A stretch of DNA of 64,000 nt from Macrostomum lignano. Lineage: Eukaryota. Where the stretch lies: contig NIVC01000013.1 of NCBI GenBank assembly GCA_002269645.1, forward strand, positions 434,001 to 498,000, given 5' to 3'. The notes under the pieces were generated by a model. That model saw only the letters and a list, made by a program, of their open reading frames with translations, searched no databases and was not told the DNA's origin. This document shows, in pieces, positions 24,001 through 34,739 of the stretch (position 1 is the stretch's first letter; every line of letters begins with the position of its first letter). The position numbers were made by a program, and so were the translations under genes.

Positions 24001-26505
24001 GCCAACAGAAGACACATTTATTGGCGCAGGCCAGAGAAGGCGTGGCCTCCATGCACCGGTGCGAGGCGATGCCATAGAATGCGTGCTTGTAGCAGCCGCC
24101 GCGGCCTCGCAGCATGGATTTGGTCCATCGGCACAGCTTGACGCCGGAATGACTGCCAATCAATCGGTAGCCTTGCTTCTCTAACGATTTACGAACTAAC
24201 GGCGTAACCATAGCTCGTCTGGTTGTGGCTTCTTGGCCAAGTTTCTGCTTCTGATTGCTTCTAGTAGCAGACGACAACACACCGCCAATATCTTCAACGT
24301 CTACTAGGCCTTCTTGATCTTCCTCATCTAGATTATCATTATCAACGTCTGAATGGTCTTCGGCAACATCTGACGCCGCTTCCGCGCCTTGGCAACAAGC
24401 TGAATTGCCGGTAGCCTCTGAACAGCAAGCTGATTTATTTTTCTTACTAACCAAAGGATCCAACAGTTGAGATTGAAGCGCGGCCTGAAAGTCGGCCTCT
24501 TGACCGCCGTGGCCGGTTGCTGAGGCGACATTTTCGTCTAGCAGAACTGGCGGCCGCAGACGGGTGCCAGACAGCTGAGTCAGCTGCTCGTCAACACGCT
24601 TGGCTATCTGACAGTTTTTTTGAAGGAAACAAAGAGAGGCTCGCTGTGGTGGAGGCCAAGCATTCGGAGACGGAGAGAATGGACGGAGATAGGAAAGGGG
24701 GAAGGGGGAGAAGGGAGGCAGAAAAAACGGAGAGAAGTAAAGGAGAGAGGGGAGCAAGGGGGAGAGGGCGAGAAAGGGGAAGAGAGAGAAGGCGAGAGAG
24801 AGGGAGAGAGAGAAAGAAAGAAAGGGGGTGAGAGAGAGGGAGGCGGATTGGCGGGAGAGAGGGAAAGAGAGGGCGAGAGAGGGAAAGGAGAGGGGGAGAG
24901 GGGGAGGGGAAGAGGGTGAGAGAGAGAGGGGAAGGGGTAGAGGGTGAGAGGAGAATGGAGAGGGGAGGGAGGGAGAGCGACGAAAAGAAAGTGAAGGGGG
25001 AGTAGAAAAATTAAAAGCCTCACCAAATTGTAATTCTCAGCGTAGAGCGAGTTGCCCAGGCCGATGACAATGAACCTCAATCCGCTTAGGTGGCCCCTTT
25101 CAACGCGCCAATCTTCGGCCGCTTCGGCCAGCCATTTGCAGAACCAGGCGCCGGTATCGGGAGGCGAGCCGCCTTCGTAGGTTGGCAACAGAAAGTAGCA
25201 GAGGGTGTCGGGAGACTGGGAAAGGTCAGGGGTTAAATTGAATGAGAATTGCATTTCGATAATGGATTAACAAATTTTTATAGTTGATTATCGGACTTTG
25301 ATATTGGATTACCGGATTTTGATATTGGATTACCGGATTTTGATATTGGATTATCGGATTTTGATATGGGATTATCGGATTTTGATATTTGATTAACGGA
25401 TTTTTTATATTAGATTATTGGATTTTGATATTAGATTAACGGATTTTGATATTAGATTTACGGATTTTGATATTGGATTTACGGATTTTGATATTAGATT
25501 ATTGGATTTTGATATTAGATTAACGGATTTTGATATTAGATTTACGGATTTTGATATTGGATTTACGGATTTTGATATTGGATTATCGGATTTTGATATT
25601 GGATTATCGGATTTTGATATTGGATTTACGGATTTTGATATTGGATTTACGGATTTTGATATTGGATTATCGGATTTTGATATTGGATTTACGGATTTTG
25701 ATATTGGATTTACGGATTTTGATATTGGATTATCGGATTTTGATATTGGATTTACGGATTTTGATATTGGATTTACGGATTTTGATATTGGATTATCGGA
25801 TATTGATATTGGATTATCGGATATTTATATTGGATTATAAAGAAATAAATGAAAACCCACCTCTTTATGCAGACTCTCCTCTGGATCATAATTAGCCAAA
25901 TCAATCAATTCAATGCCAGCAGAATCGCTACTACTAACAGTAGTAGATTTGCACGCTTCACCGTCGCCACCGTTGCAACACTGAGACTGCTGTTGCTGCT
26001 TTTGTTGTTTCAACACACCAGCCAGTTCGGCTAGAAGCAGAGTGGCAAAATGTTTAGCTCTGCCTAGTTGGCTAGCGTAGAACACGCGCACTTTATTAAA
26101 GGTCTCGTCAACGCTTCCATTAGCTGTACTTGTGCAACTTGTAGTAGGCAGCATTGCCTTGCGAGTTGTTGGACTCCTCAACGACATTTGACTACTACTT
26201 GAAAGTACCGCTTTCTGTTTGGATGAAAAAACGACAACAAAATTTGTGTTATGCTACTAAAAGTAGAAAAGTGAGAATAAAATTGTAAATCAGTAAGAAA
26301 AAAATTTAGTTTTCTTAATTAAAATTACCTTGACAGACGACGCGCTAATCACGTGACCTTGACGGCCGCGACGTTGAAACAAAATCCATGCGCCAACAAC
26401 AGAAGCAGCCAATAGAAGAGAATAAGAGAGAGCGCTGCTGTTTTGCAGAGCTCGACTTATGTGAACAGTCAGGTCCCAGTGCGACATTTTGCTTGCTGAT
26501 TGCAT
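21003..26505 (-). CDS. TYW1: S-adenosyl-L-methionine-dependent tRNA 4-demethylwyosine synthase; exons 26329-26505, 25861-26214, 25024-25215, 23913-24607, 22167-22557, 21003-21464
   Basis: N-terminal hydrophobic anchor, flavodoxin domain (VFYASQLG, GLGNSLY) and radical-SAM domain (GSHSGVKLCRWTK, CYKHAFYGIASHRCMEATPSLACANKCVFCWRH, HCALSLVGEP, PDFIEVKGVTFCG, HEHSNC). Splice phases are consistent. The start could be M1 (26505) or the downstream MSHWDL. Confidence 0.95.
21585..22025. repeat. 33-bp minisatellite (GGGGATAATTATCCTTCCTACTGAAATATCTCA), about 13 copies, in TYW1 intron 21465-22166
   Basis: Direct reading; contains the palindrome GGATAATTATCC. Confidence 0.93.
22690..23870. repeat. 23-bp minisatellite (ATTGGGATTCCCCTAGATTCCTC and variants), about 50 copies, in TYW1 intron 22558-23912
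   Basis: Direct reading; has a 138-bp higher-order block. Confidence 0.93.
24680..25000. repeat. GA-rich low-complexity tract, in TYW1 intron 24608-25023
   Basis: Direct reading. Confidence 0.85.
25280..25835. repeat. 21-bp minisatellite (TTTTGATATTGGATTTACGGA / TTATCGGA), about 26 copies, in TYW1 intron 25216-25860
   Basis: Direct reading. Confidence 0.94.
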
Positions 26506-26815
26506 GCATTCAATAGGAAATGCTTAACACTTTATAATAAGCTATATAACTTGAAAATGGAAAAACGCATAACTGATTATAGGCTAGCTAGAACTAAATC
26601 GTTTAGCAATTGACTAATTTTTAAGTCTAATCTTTGAATTATCCGAGTTTATAAGCAATTTAAATTGTCCTTTGTTGTTTTTGACAATTTTTTAACCTTT
26701 TCACTATTTATCAACCATCAAATTAACATTAATTTTTGTTTATTACTGTCTTAAAAAGTAGTATCATTTCTTTTTATATTAAAAAAGTGCAAAAAGCCCG
26801 TATTTCTCTTTGCTA

Positions 26816-27570
26816 CAAGGTGTGAAACTATTTTCAACCGTCAGCAAGAGTAACAGCAATTGATTTATATCATAGCGACTTTACTTACTAATGATACAGT
26901 GAAAGAATTTTGAAAGTATCACAAACTTATCAAAAGTTATGCCTCCTTAACTGCAGTGGGGTGCTGCATCTCAACAGGAACTGGAACTAGACTACAATTT
27001 TGAAATCTCACAGAAATTAACAAAGTTCGAAATTGTTTGAAAAATCTCTAGCATGTGCCATGTCATCACTTTCTATATCTATGGTACAAGTTTCATTTGC
27101 TTCTGCTTGTGTGGCACTCTGAAACTAAGGGGCAGAGTTTATGCCAATTGTGACTGCTTTGAGCAGGAAGTGCGACAGGTTCTTGTCTACGAAATGCCAA
27201 GACAGGTGCAGGCAGATGTCATTGACAACATGCTTACATGGTGGAAGAAATGCATTCAACTAAAGGGTGACTATATTGAGAAGGTCTCAGTTGCCACTGA
27301 GAGAGACATTTAAACTTTTTTGAAATACAACTGACTTACTATTTCCTGGTGCTTCATATGCAGCATCCAAGTTCCTGTTCATATATTGAGATGCAGTACC
27401 CCACTGCAGTTAGGATGCATAACTTTTGATAAGTTTGTGATATTTTCAAAATTCATTCACTGTGCCATTTGTAAGTAAAGCTGCTATGAAATAAATTAGT
27501 GGCTGTTACTCTTGCTGACTGTTAAAAAGAGTCATGTGAAAAAGTTCTAAGACTTTTTGGACACCCATTG
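26816..27570 (+). mobile_element. Internally deleted Tc1/mariner-family element (transposase C-terminal remnant at 27053-27313)
   Basis: Long imperfect inverted repeats, e.g. GTCAGCAAGAG/CTCTTGCTGAC and TATCACAAACTTATCAAAAGTT with its reverse complement. TA flanks at 26814-26815 and 27571-27572. The remnant LKLRGRVY...WKKCIQLKGDYIEK matches the mariner transposase C-terminal pattern (LRGRRF...RWEKCV...GDYxE). Confidence 0.8.
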
Positions 27571-30500
27571 TATAGCAGGGGTTAGCAACTCTGGCCAACA
27601 ACACCTTCAAGTCTGGCCTGTAGCACTCTTATTATCTAACAATATAAAAGTGACCCATAAATCAATTTTGTACTGAAACATTTAACTTTACATTTACAAG
27701 TAAAATTTGCTTTCACTCCATCATTCCTATATCAGTTTTAGCTGTGGGGTTGTTTGTGTGGCTTGGTTCATGGGGTTGGTTAAGAGGGAGAGAAATGGCT
27801 TGTCCAATAGAAGTAGATATAAAAAAAGTTGGACACATACAAAGTGCCAATGTACATTGGTAGATCACCATTCTCTTCTTCACTCTAGTTCTAGCTAGCT
27901 TTATATCTAAACTCTAGTCTTGTCAAAAAGCCTTTAGTCCAGCCAAAGATTTTAAATTAAACAAAACCCTTCATATTTCTTTATTTATTTCTATCAACTC
28001 CTTTCTGCAATATATCATATATCATATCATTTTATCATCACATCATATCATCAGTGCTGCATTTTTATAGTAAGTCTTGTTCATATAATATTTGGAAGAC
28101 TTTCTTACATTTTGATGCATAGAAGAATATTGAAAATCATTAGACTCAAATATGTCATAGAAATGAATAGCAATACACTGACTTTTCATTTGCTTATTAT
28201 AGCAAATCTATATTTTTCTTCTTATTTGCAGACTATGGTTTTAGCACCATAGCAAAAGCACAAGGTAGATATAGAGCATTGAGTGTTCAACCCTGCATGG
28301 ACTCAACAATACTTTTTTGTCAACTTCAATAGGAAGGCATAGTGCTTTATATACATGGCAAATGTTGCAATCTTCAAAGAAGCCAAGGTACACTGCCACT
28401 GGGAGTCTATACACAAGATATCCAAGTATATAGGGATGGACAATGCTTCTTAACAGTGTTATTAGTAGGCTGACTATATAGCATATCTAGCAGACCAACA
28501 GCTTTGTCCATCAAAAGCTTGGACAGTATAACTTTCATAGCCTCTAATAAAAAAAACTTTCATAGAAAAAGCCACCTATGCATTTTTGAGGTGTCTCTCT
28601 TCATTGCTAAAAATATATTTAACAATGGAGACTTTATCAAAGTGCCTATTAGCAACTACCAATCTTATGTGCCCTGACTAGCAATCCACTTTTTCCTCTA
28701 TTAGCCTTTAATGAATTTCAAATAGTGTCTGCAGGTCCTTAACCCTATTGGAAAAAATTTTGAAAATGCAGGGACATATCAAGGGTCTAGCAAAAATGTG
28801 CAAAGGGGTCACTTTCCAAGGTACATAGGCCATTTTGCAGATGGTAGGGTGTACGCCAGAAAATTCCGGCATACACTTGATTTCTGTGGCATACACCAGC
28901 GTACATTTCTTGGCTGTGTACAGTGTGGCATACAGTGTGGTGTATATGATTGGCATAGAAATTAATATAATGAATTTTTTTGTGCTTTTTTGTGTTAAGT
29001 TATTTCAAAAACTTTTTTTCTGCTACTATTTTCTCATCTACCAATCATTTTAATTACTGGAGTTGTCACGACAATCGTCATGTTGTTATCAATTTTTTGT
29101 ATTTTAAATTTAAATTTAAATATTCGCTGATTTTTTACCATTTTTTAAGTTGGCATACATTTAAAATCTGTTGGCGTACAATTGAAAATTCAATAAAAAT
29201 GTGTCCGGCGTACACAGAAAACCTTCCGCAATATGGTACATGGGCCATGTCAAGGGACTATAGTTGCAACCATAAAAGACCTTTTTTGCAGTTGCAACAA
29301 TAAAGAACCTTTTTTGCAATCACAACTTTTTTTTAAGTTTGAATAAAAATATAAGCTTTGATTAAAATTAAACTAAATGATACCTACTGAAAAAGTTTAG
29401 ATTTTCAATAATGTAGGTATATTCAACTACATATGTCTAGAAAAACCACTTCTATATTTAATCCTCTTATCATAAATATACTTTCTATAAAATTACTTTA
29501 TGTCAATTTGTTATTGTCATACCAATTTGTTTTACATTATATTTTACTATTTGGTGATTTCATCACATGTCTATTTTAATGTGTAGCTATTTTTATTGGA
29601 TTCTAAGCACTATACCAAGTAAGGCTGTGCATTGCACCACATCAAACACCATCTCATAGAAAATGTGCTATACCATTTTGTTAGATCATTTTTGACATTT
29701 TGAAAACATTCTATATTGCAAGGTCATTTTTAAAATGTGTGGGATGGCTGTTTACCATTTGATAACTTTTTCTAATAGGGCTTCTTAAGATTGAACTTTA
29801 TATTCACATAGGCTGTTTTAAATTTGTTGACACAAAATTTAAAGAAACATTTTGACTATGGCCAGGTTGGCTATAAATAGATTTTCAGCTATATCAAATG
29901 CAATTTGTACTTTTGACAAGCAATAGTCTAGAAACTTTTGCAATATCCTTCATATTAATATTTATGAAATATTAAATGATTATTAAAAAATAGAAATTAA
30001 TATTAAGTTTTTGAAAAGCTTTTTATATTTTTGTTCTTCTAAAATTTAAATTGTTGTAAAAGCAAAAAACTAAACTGATATAAGACATATAAGTGAGAAG
30101 TCTAAAGTCTTAACTAAGGTCAGCAAGCTAGGCCTAGGCCTATGCAATTAAAAATAGCAAGTTTTAAAGATGCTCATATTTTTAGCAGGATAGAAAAAAA
30201 TTCTAGGGCCTATTAAAAAATCACAATAAATAAAGTAAATAAAACACTCTTTCATTTATACAGAGTCATAGTCATAGAGCTAGGGTAGGGGCCTACTACA
30301 TCTCATATTCTCATACTCTTGATACAGTGTAAAACCATATAAAGATTAAAACTGAAGTAAAAAACAAATAGTGGGGGCCTAGTTGGATTTGTACTTAGTG
30401 GTGTAACCAGAAATTCGTTGAGGATGGCCTGAGTGGCCTGTATTTTATTAGCAAAAATTTGCTTGGTCTCCTCTGATTTAGGTTTCCGACGAAGCGGCGG

Positions 30501-30848
30501 CTAACCCTCGCCCCCTCCTGTTTGCGCCCTTGTTTGTACTTACTTAGCATGCTTCAACTACGAGCTACCCATAGGCCCTATCAATCCTTGCAGGCTGTCC
30601 TCAGATTCAGAATAATATTAAAATCCAGCGGCCGACTTCAAGCCGCGTTCAAGGCCGAAGGAATCAATTTCTTCATAAGTAAGTTAAAACCACATGTTTA
30701 TTAGCTATAAACTAAAACAAAGTATTAAAATGTATTACAAACACAAGACGGTATCAAACCATAAACAGCGTTAATATAATCTTATGTAGTTTTTCTAATA
30801 ATTGATTATTAATTAAAATTCTAAAATTTGTACCAGCTGGTACTTCTA

Positions 30849-31120
30849 TTCACTAGGCCGAAATTTCACATTGCCGAAAAATCATTTTAGCAGCTTCTTT
30901 CGCTTCACATTGCCGTAAATGGCTAGCAAGCTATTTAATAAGTTTCGCCTGTTTGGGCCTAGTGAAAAAGGCTGCTAAATGTTTTTTCGGCGTTGTGAAA
31001 TTTCGGCCTCATTAAGATCGTGTGCTACATCATGTAGCTACTTTGGCAATGTGAAGTTTCATCCTAGTGAAGTTTTGGCCAAGTGAAAGAGAGTACTTTC
31101 CGGCGAAGTGAAATTTCGGC
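30849..31120. mobile_element. Degenerate palindromic MITE-like or transposon subterminal-repeat cluster
   Basis: Arm 30849-30894 is an imperfect inverted repeat of 30971-31009. The 11-mers TTCACTAGGCC and TTCACATTGCC recur in both orientations. No TSD was found. Confidence 0.45.
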
Positions 31121-31595
31121 AGCCCGCATCCTCGGATAACGGGGGCGCTTTCACTACTCAAGATTCAGCGATTTGTACAAGGACGAAGAAGCTACGTTGC
31201 TGGAAAAATTTTAGGAGGCATATGCTTTTTCGAAAAAAAATTGCAGAGATGGATCGACGATCGAGGTTTAGATTAAATAATTTTGAATTAATTACAAGAA
31301 GCAATTATATGATGAGTGATCCAGGTACTACATGTATGTTCTTCGAAAATCTACTTTACAAGTCTATCTGGACACAATCTAGCGGCTTAACTTTGAATCT
31401 GGTTTAGGTCGTTTCGGTAAAAATTTGTTGTCTAGTGATCAATAAGATTACAACGCGTTATATTATATTTTGTTGTACATGTATTTGACATATTTTTTGC
31501 GTATTTTTCTTATATCTATAAGTAGAGTCTAAAAAACCCACTAGATTTTCCGTTCTCCGTTCATCGAGTACTATGTAGGTTTCGTTATGCTACGT

Positions 31596-31950
31596 CAGGG
31601 GCGTAGCCAGGAATTTTGATTGGGGGGGGGGCCGTGAGTTAGGGGGCGCCAGCTTCTTATAGGGGGGGCGCCAGTTTCTTTTAGGGGGGGAGCGCCAGTT
31701 TCTTATAGGGGGGGGCGCCAGTTTCTTTTAGGGGGGGGCGCCAGTTTCTTATAGGGGGGCGCCAGTTTCTTTTAGGGGGGTGCCAGTTTCTTTTAGAGGG
31801 GGGGGGGCGCCAGTTTCTTTTAGGGGGGGGGGGCGCCAGTTTCTTTTAGGGGGGGGCGCCAGTTTCTTTTAGGGGGGGGGGCGCCAAGGCCAGAGTTGGT
31901 GATTGGGGGGGGGCCACGGCCCCCCTTGCCCCCCTCTGGCTACGCCCCTG
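31596..31950. mobile_element. hAT-type MITE (355 bp) with an internal G-rich minisatellite
   Basis: Perfect 15-bp TIRs CAGGGGCGTAGCCAG / CTGGCTACGCCCCTG. Perfect 8-bp TSD TGCTACGT at 31588-31595 and 31951-31958. About 9 internal copies of GGGGGCGCCAGTTTCTT(T/A)TAG. Confidence 0.93.
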
Positions 31951-32590
31951 TGCTACGTGTAGTAGCCAAAGCATTGCTGCTTATTACATGTATATCTGTA
32001 GGCTCCAACCTAGCGTATCCCTTTAAACCTAACGCCTAGATCGTTTCATAAGAATTCTTTGGTTGCCTTAAGCTGCTTAGAATACAAGCTGCAACCCGCG
32101 GCCTTGCCTGGTCAAGGCTAGAGCGCTTTTTCTTAGTCTGACAAAAGTTAAGTCGTTGGCGGCACTTCATACGAGCGTATTCATGACAAATTTATCGATT
32201 TTTTAGATTTTATATACGTTATTTTGTTTCGGTCCAGCCATGTACATATACACGCAAAATAAATATACTGGAGCGGTATATATTACATGTGAGATTACTA
32301 ACTTTTCTACTAGCTGCAACTGCAAGTACAACTGCAATACTCAACAAAATATTAGATTTGGTGAGTGGTCATTTCGATTTTTATACATTTACAATATTGA
32401 ATAGTGCAGGGCGGGTTTCAGTTAATAATACATGCAACGTACACTTCAGTTATCGATTGGCCTTTTCGGACACTGACAAAACCAAGGCCAGTCTCAAAGC
32501 AAAAAAGTAACGAAATGGAAATCGAAACGCGAAAAAACTGAAAGCATGAAACGAGAACCTAAGGCGAGAAAGCGACGGTAAGAGTTTACG

Positions 32591-33679
32591 ATGACTAAAG
32601 AAGAATCCGACAGCCTTCACGTCAAACTGCTGCTCGAGTATTCCCAGTTTAGGGAAATAGACCGACTCGCGAGTTGGCTCAAGAAACGCACTCAACGGTT
32701 TCAGCCAGCTGAGCATAGAAATCAGAAGAAAAGGACGAAAATTCAATTCGGTCGTTGGCTCATCACCATGCAGACCACCGATGGTCAGCAAATGTCCGAG
32801 ACATTCCGTCTGCTGCCACAGAAGTTGAGCGATAACAGAAGCAAAGTTGAGTTCGTGAAATCGCTCTGCCGGAGCTTCAGCGACATGTCGAGCGACGAAG
32901 CGACGCATCTGGTAGAGTCGCTGCTGTCCATGATCGATCAGTTTCTACAAAGAAAGATTAATATCGCTAAGGTGAAGAAAACCGCGAAGCTGCGATACGA
33001 GGAGGCCGGCAGTCGAGGCCGCATCACATTTGGGGAATTCTGGACGCCTTGGAGCAAGCGAGTCAAGCAGCTGGTCGAGCTGTGCGGTGAGCAGCGGGCC
33101 GCGCTGGTGTGCCTTCGCTACTACAGCCTGAGTATGTTCAGAGGCGGCGAGTCCAGCCTCTGCCCCAAAGCTTTCGATGCCCTGTTCGAGCTGGGCAAAG
33201 CCGCTCACGAGGGCTTCGCTTCGCCCCTCAATTGTCAGCTACTGGGTCGGCAAGGAGCAAAGTTCTGCAGCCTGTTCCCTGACACTGACAGCGTATTCGG
33301 CAGTCTGGGCGACTTTTTTCGCATAGACCTGATGCAGAATCCAGGCGGCTGGGTGCTCAACCCCCCATTTGAAGAGATCCTGCTCAGAGCCACAGCGAGG
33401 CGAGTTGTTGACATCCTTGACGAGTCGGAGCGGGGAGCTTTCTGGTTCTTCCTCATCTTTCCGTACTGGACAGACTGCGACGGCTGGAAGATCCTGGACG
33501 AGTCCGAATGGAAAGTTGACAGAATTGATGTGAAGCCAAATCAGCTGGAGGTTCAGGATTGCTACGGCTTCACGCTGACTGTGCAGGTCACGGTGAGCCT
33601 GTTCACCATGGGGGAGCCGCCAGACTCCGTCAACCTCGCCAAGCTTTGGGACGCGATGAGAACAGACGCTGGCGAGTGA
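32591..33679 (+). CDS. Intronless PCIF1/CAPAM-like N6-adenine methyltransferase (362 aa, no WW domain)
   Basis: Motifs LRY..., EGFASPLNC, FCSLFPDTDSVFGSLGDFF, VLNPPFEE (NPPF at 33359-33370) and FFLIFPYW match the PCIF1 methyltransferase core (human ECFASPLNC..YCSAFPDTDGYFGSRG..ANPPF..FIVFIPEW, as recalled). FGRW..LLP resembles PCIF1 FNRW..DPLLP. AATAAA at 33699-33704. Confidence 0.85.
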   Translation: MTKEESDSLHVKLLLEYSQFREIDRLASWLKKRTQRFQPAEHRNQKKRTKIQFGRWLITMQTTDGQQMSETFRLLPQKLSDNRSKVEFVKSLCRSFSDMSSDEATHLVESLLSMIDQFLQRKINIAKVKKTAKLRYEEAGSRGRITFGEFWTPWSKRVKQLVELCGEQRAALVCLRYYSLSMFRGGESSLCPKAFDALFELGKAAHEGFASPLNCQLLGRQGAKFCSLFPDTDSVFGSLGDFFRIDLMQNPGGWVLNPPFEEILLRATARRVVDILDESERGAFWFFLIFPYWTDCDGWKILDESEWKVDRIDVKPNQLEVQDCYGFTLTVQVTVSLFTMGEPPDSVNLAKLWDAMRTDAGE

Positions 33680-33819
33680 CAGAAATGAGATCCTATCCAA
33701 TAAAGTAAAAATTTTACTGAGTGACATTGTACATGTATATGAAATTTCTCCGAGTACTCGTACTTGTATTAAAACCTTGACGTTTGTCGCAATTTTTAAT
33801 GCATCTCTTTAGTTCATCT

Positions 33820-34155
33820 GCACTCCCCTCTGTTTACTCTATTTTCTCTCCAACTTTCCAGTTCAGACTTGTTGTCTCTCTCTCCCTCCCCTCTTTGTCT
33901 AGTAAAGTCTTGTTATTCTTATCTCTCTCCCTCGTGGCCTTCTGATTGGTTCTTCAATCTGGCCTCTTTCCTCAGTCGCGCACTCTAACCCCCTCGCCTC
34001 TGTTTACTCTATTTTCTCTCCAACTTTCCAGTTCAAACTTGTTGTCTCTCTCTCCCTCCCCTCTTTGTCTAGTAAAGTCTTGTTATTCTTATCTCTCTCC
34101 CTCGTGGCCTTCTGATTGGTTCTTCAATCTGGCCTCTTTCCTCAGTCGCGCACTC
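33820..34155. repeat. Near-perfect direct duplication, period about 171 bp, pyrimidine-rich, about 140 bp downstream of the PCIF1-like gene
   Basis: CCTCTGTTTACTCT...CAGTCGCGCACTC occurs from about 33827 and again from about 33997. Confidence 0.9.
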
Positions 34156-34739
34156 CTGCCTTTTCTAATCTGGACTCAATCCCCATCCCCTAATTTAATA
34201 CCTTATATAGTTTTGCGCCTCGTTAATCGATTCGTATTAATGCATTAGTTTTTACCGAGTATAAATTACTTGAGAAACGAGCGTATAAAAAAATTCAATC
34301 GTTTATCTTATTTTTCTCTACATCGTTACTACCGAAATTTTACCTAAACATTGGTAGTAAATCCATTCGATTGATTTACCGGAGACGACAAGTACATTCA
34401 TTTATACATAATAGCCTCGTACAATTGTATACTGATGAGGACGAACTTTTTCCAATTCTACATTTGCAAATTGGATGCATACAATATGCACTACTGGCAG
34501 TAGGCTACAAGTGTTTTTTAACTTCTCACTATTACTAAATTTGTGTGTTTGGCATTTATTGCTTTGCTTTTCTAGGTCAGTTTGTACTACGAATTCAAAA
34601 TTTAGTTCTGCTTGTTAGGCCAGATCCATATTTCTTTGTCTGTGAGACTAGGGTGGCAGTTGTGACATCGGATGACGTCGTTCTTGGGTACTGCGCACAG
34701 GCCTCCCTGACGACTCCAACGGATTCTTGCTCTGTCGCA

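Noticed and set aside
27576-28295. hAT-like left end CAGGGGTTAGCAACTC with a possible partner GAGTGTTCAACCCTG
   Set aside because: The inverted match is only partial and I found no TSD.
30420-30445. tRNA A-box-like strings (GGATGGCCTGAGTGG here; TGGCCAGTTGGTGATTAGCG at about 56567)
   Set aside because: No B-box (GTTCRA) at the proper distance and no cloverleaf could be drawn.
30490-30705. GC-enriched patch with short ORF 30522-30704
   Set aside because: No frame gives a recognisable or long peptide, and there is no consistent splice-site pair.
32095-32125. Helitron-like 3' end (GCCTTG-loop-CAAGGC then CTAG)
   Set aside because: The hairpin overlaps the CTAG rather than lying upstream of it, the next base is A rather than T, and no matching 5' TC end could be identified.
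32450-33727. Antisense ORFs overlapping the PCIF1-like gene, and similar shadow ORFs over other exons
   Set aside because: These are typical shadow frames of GC-rich coding sequence, with no recognisable motifs.
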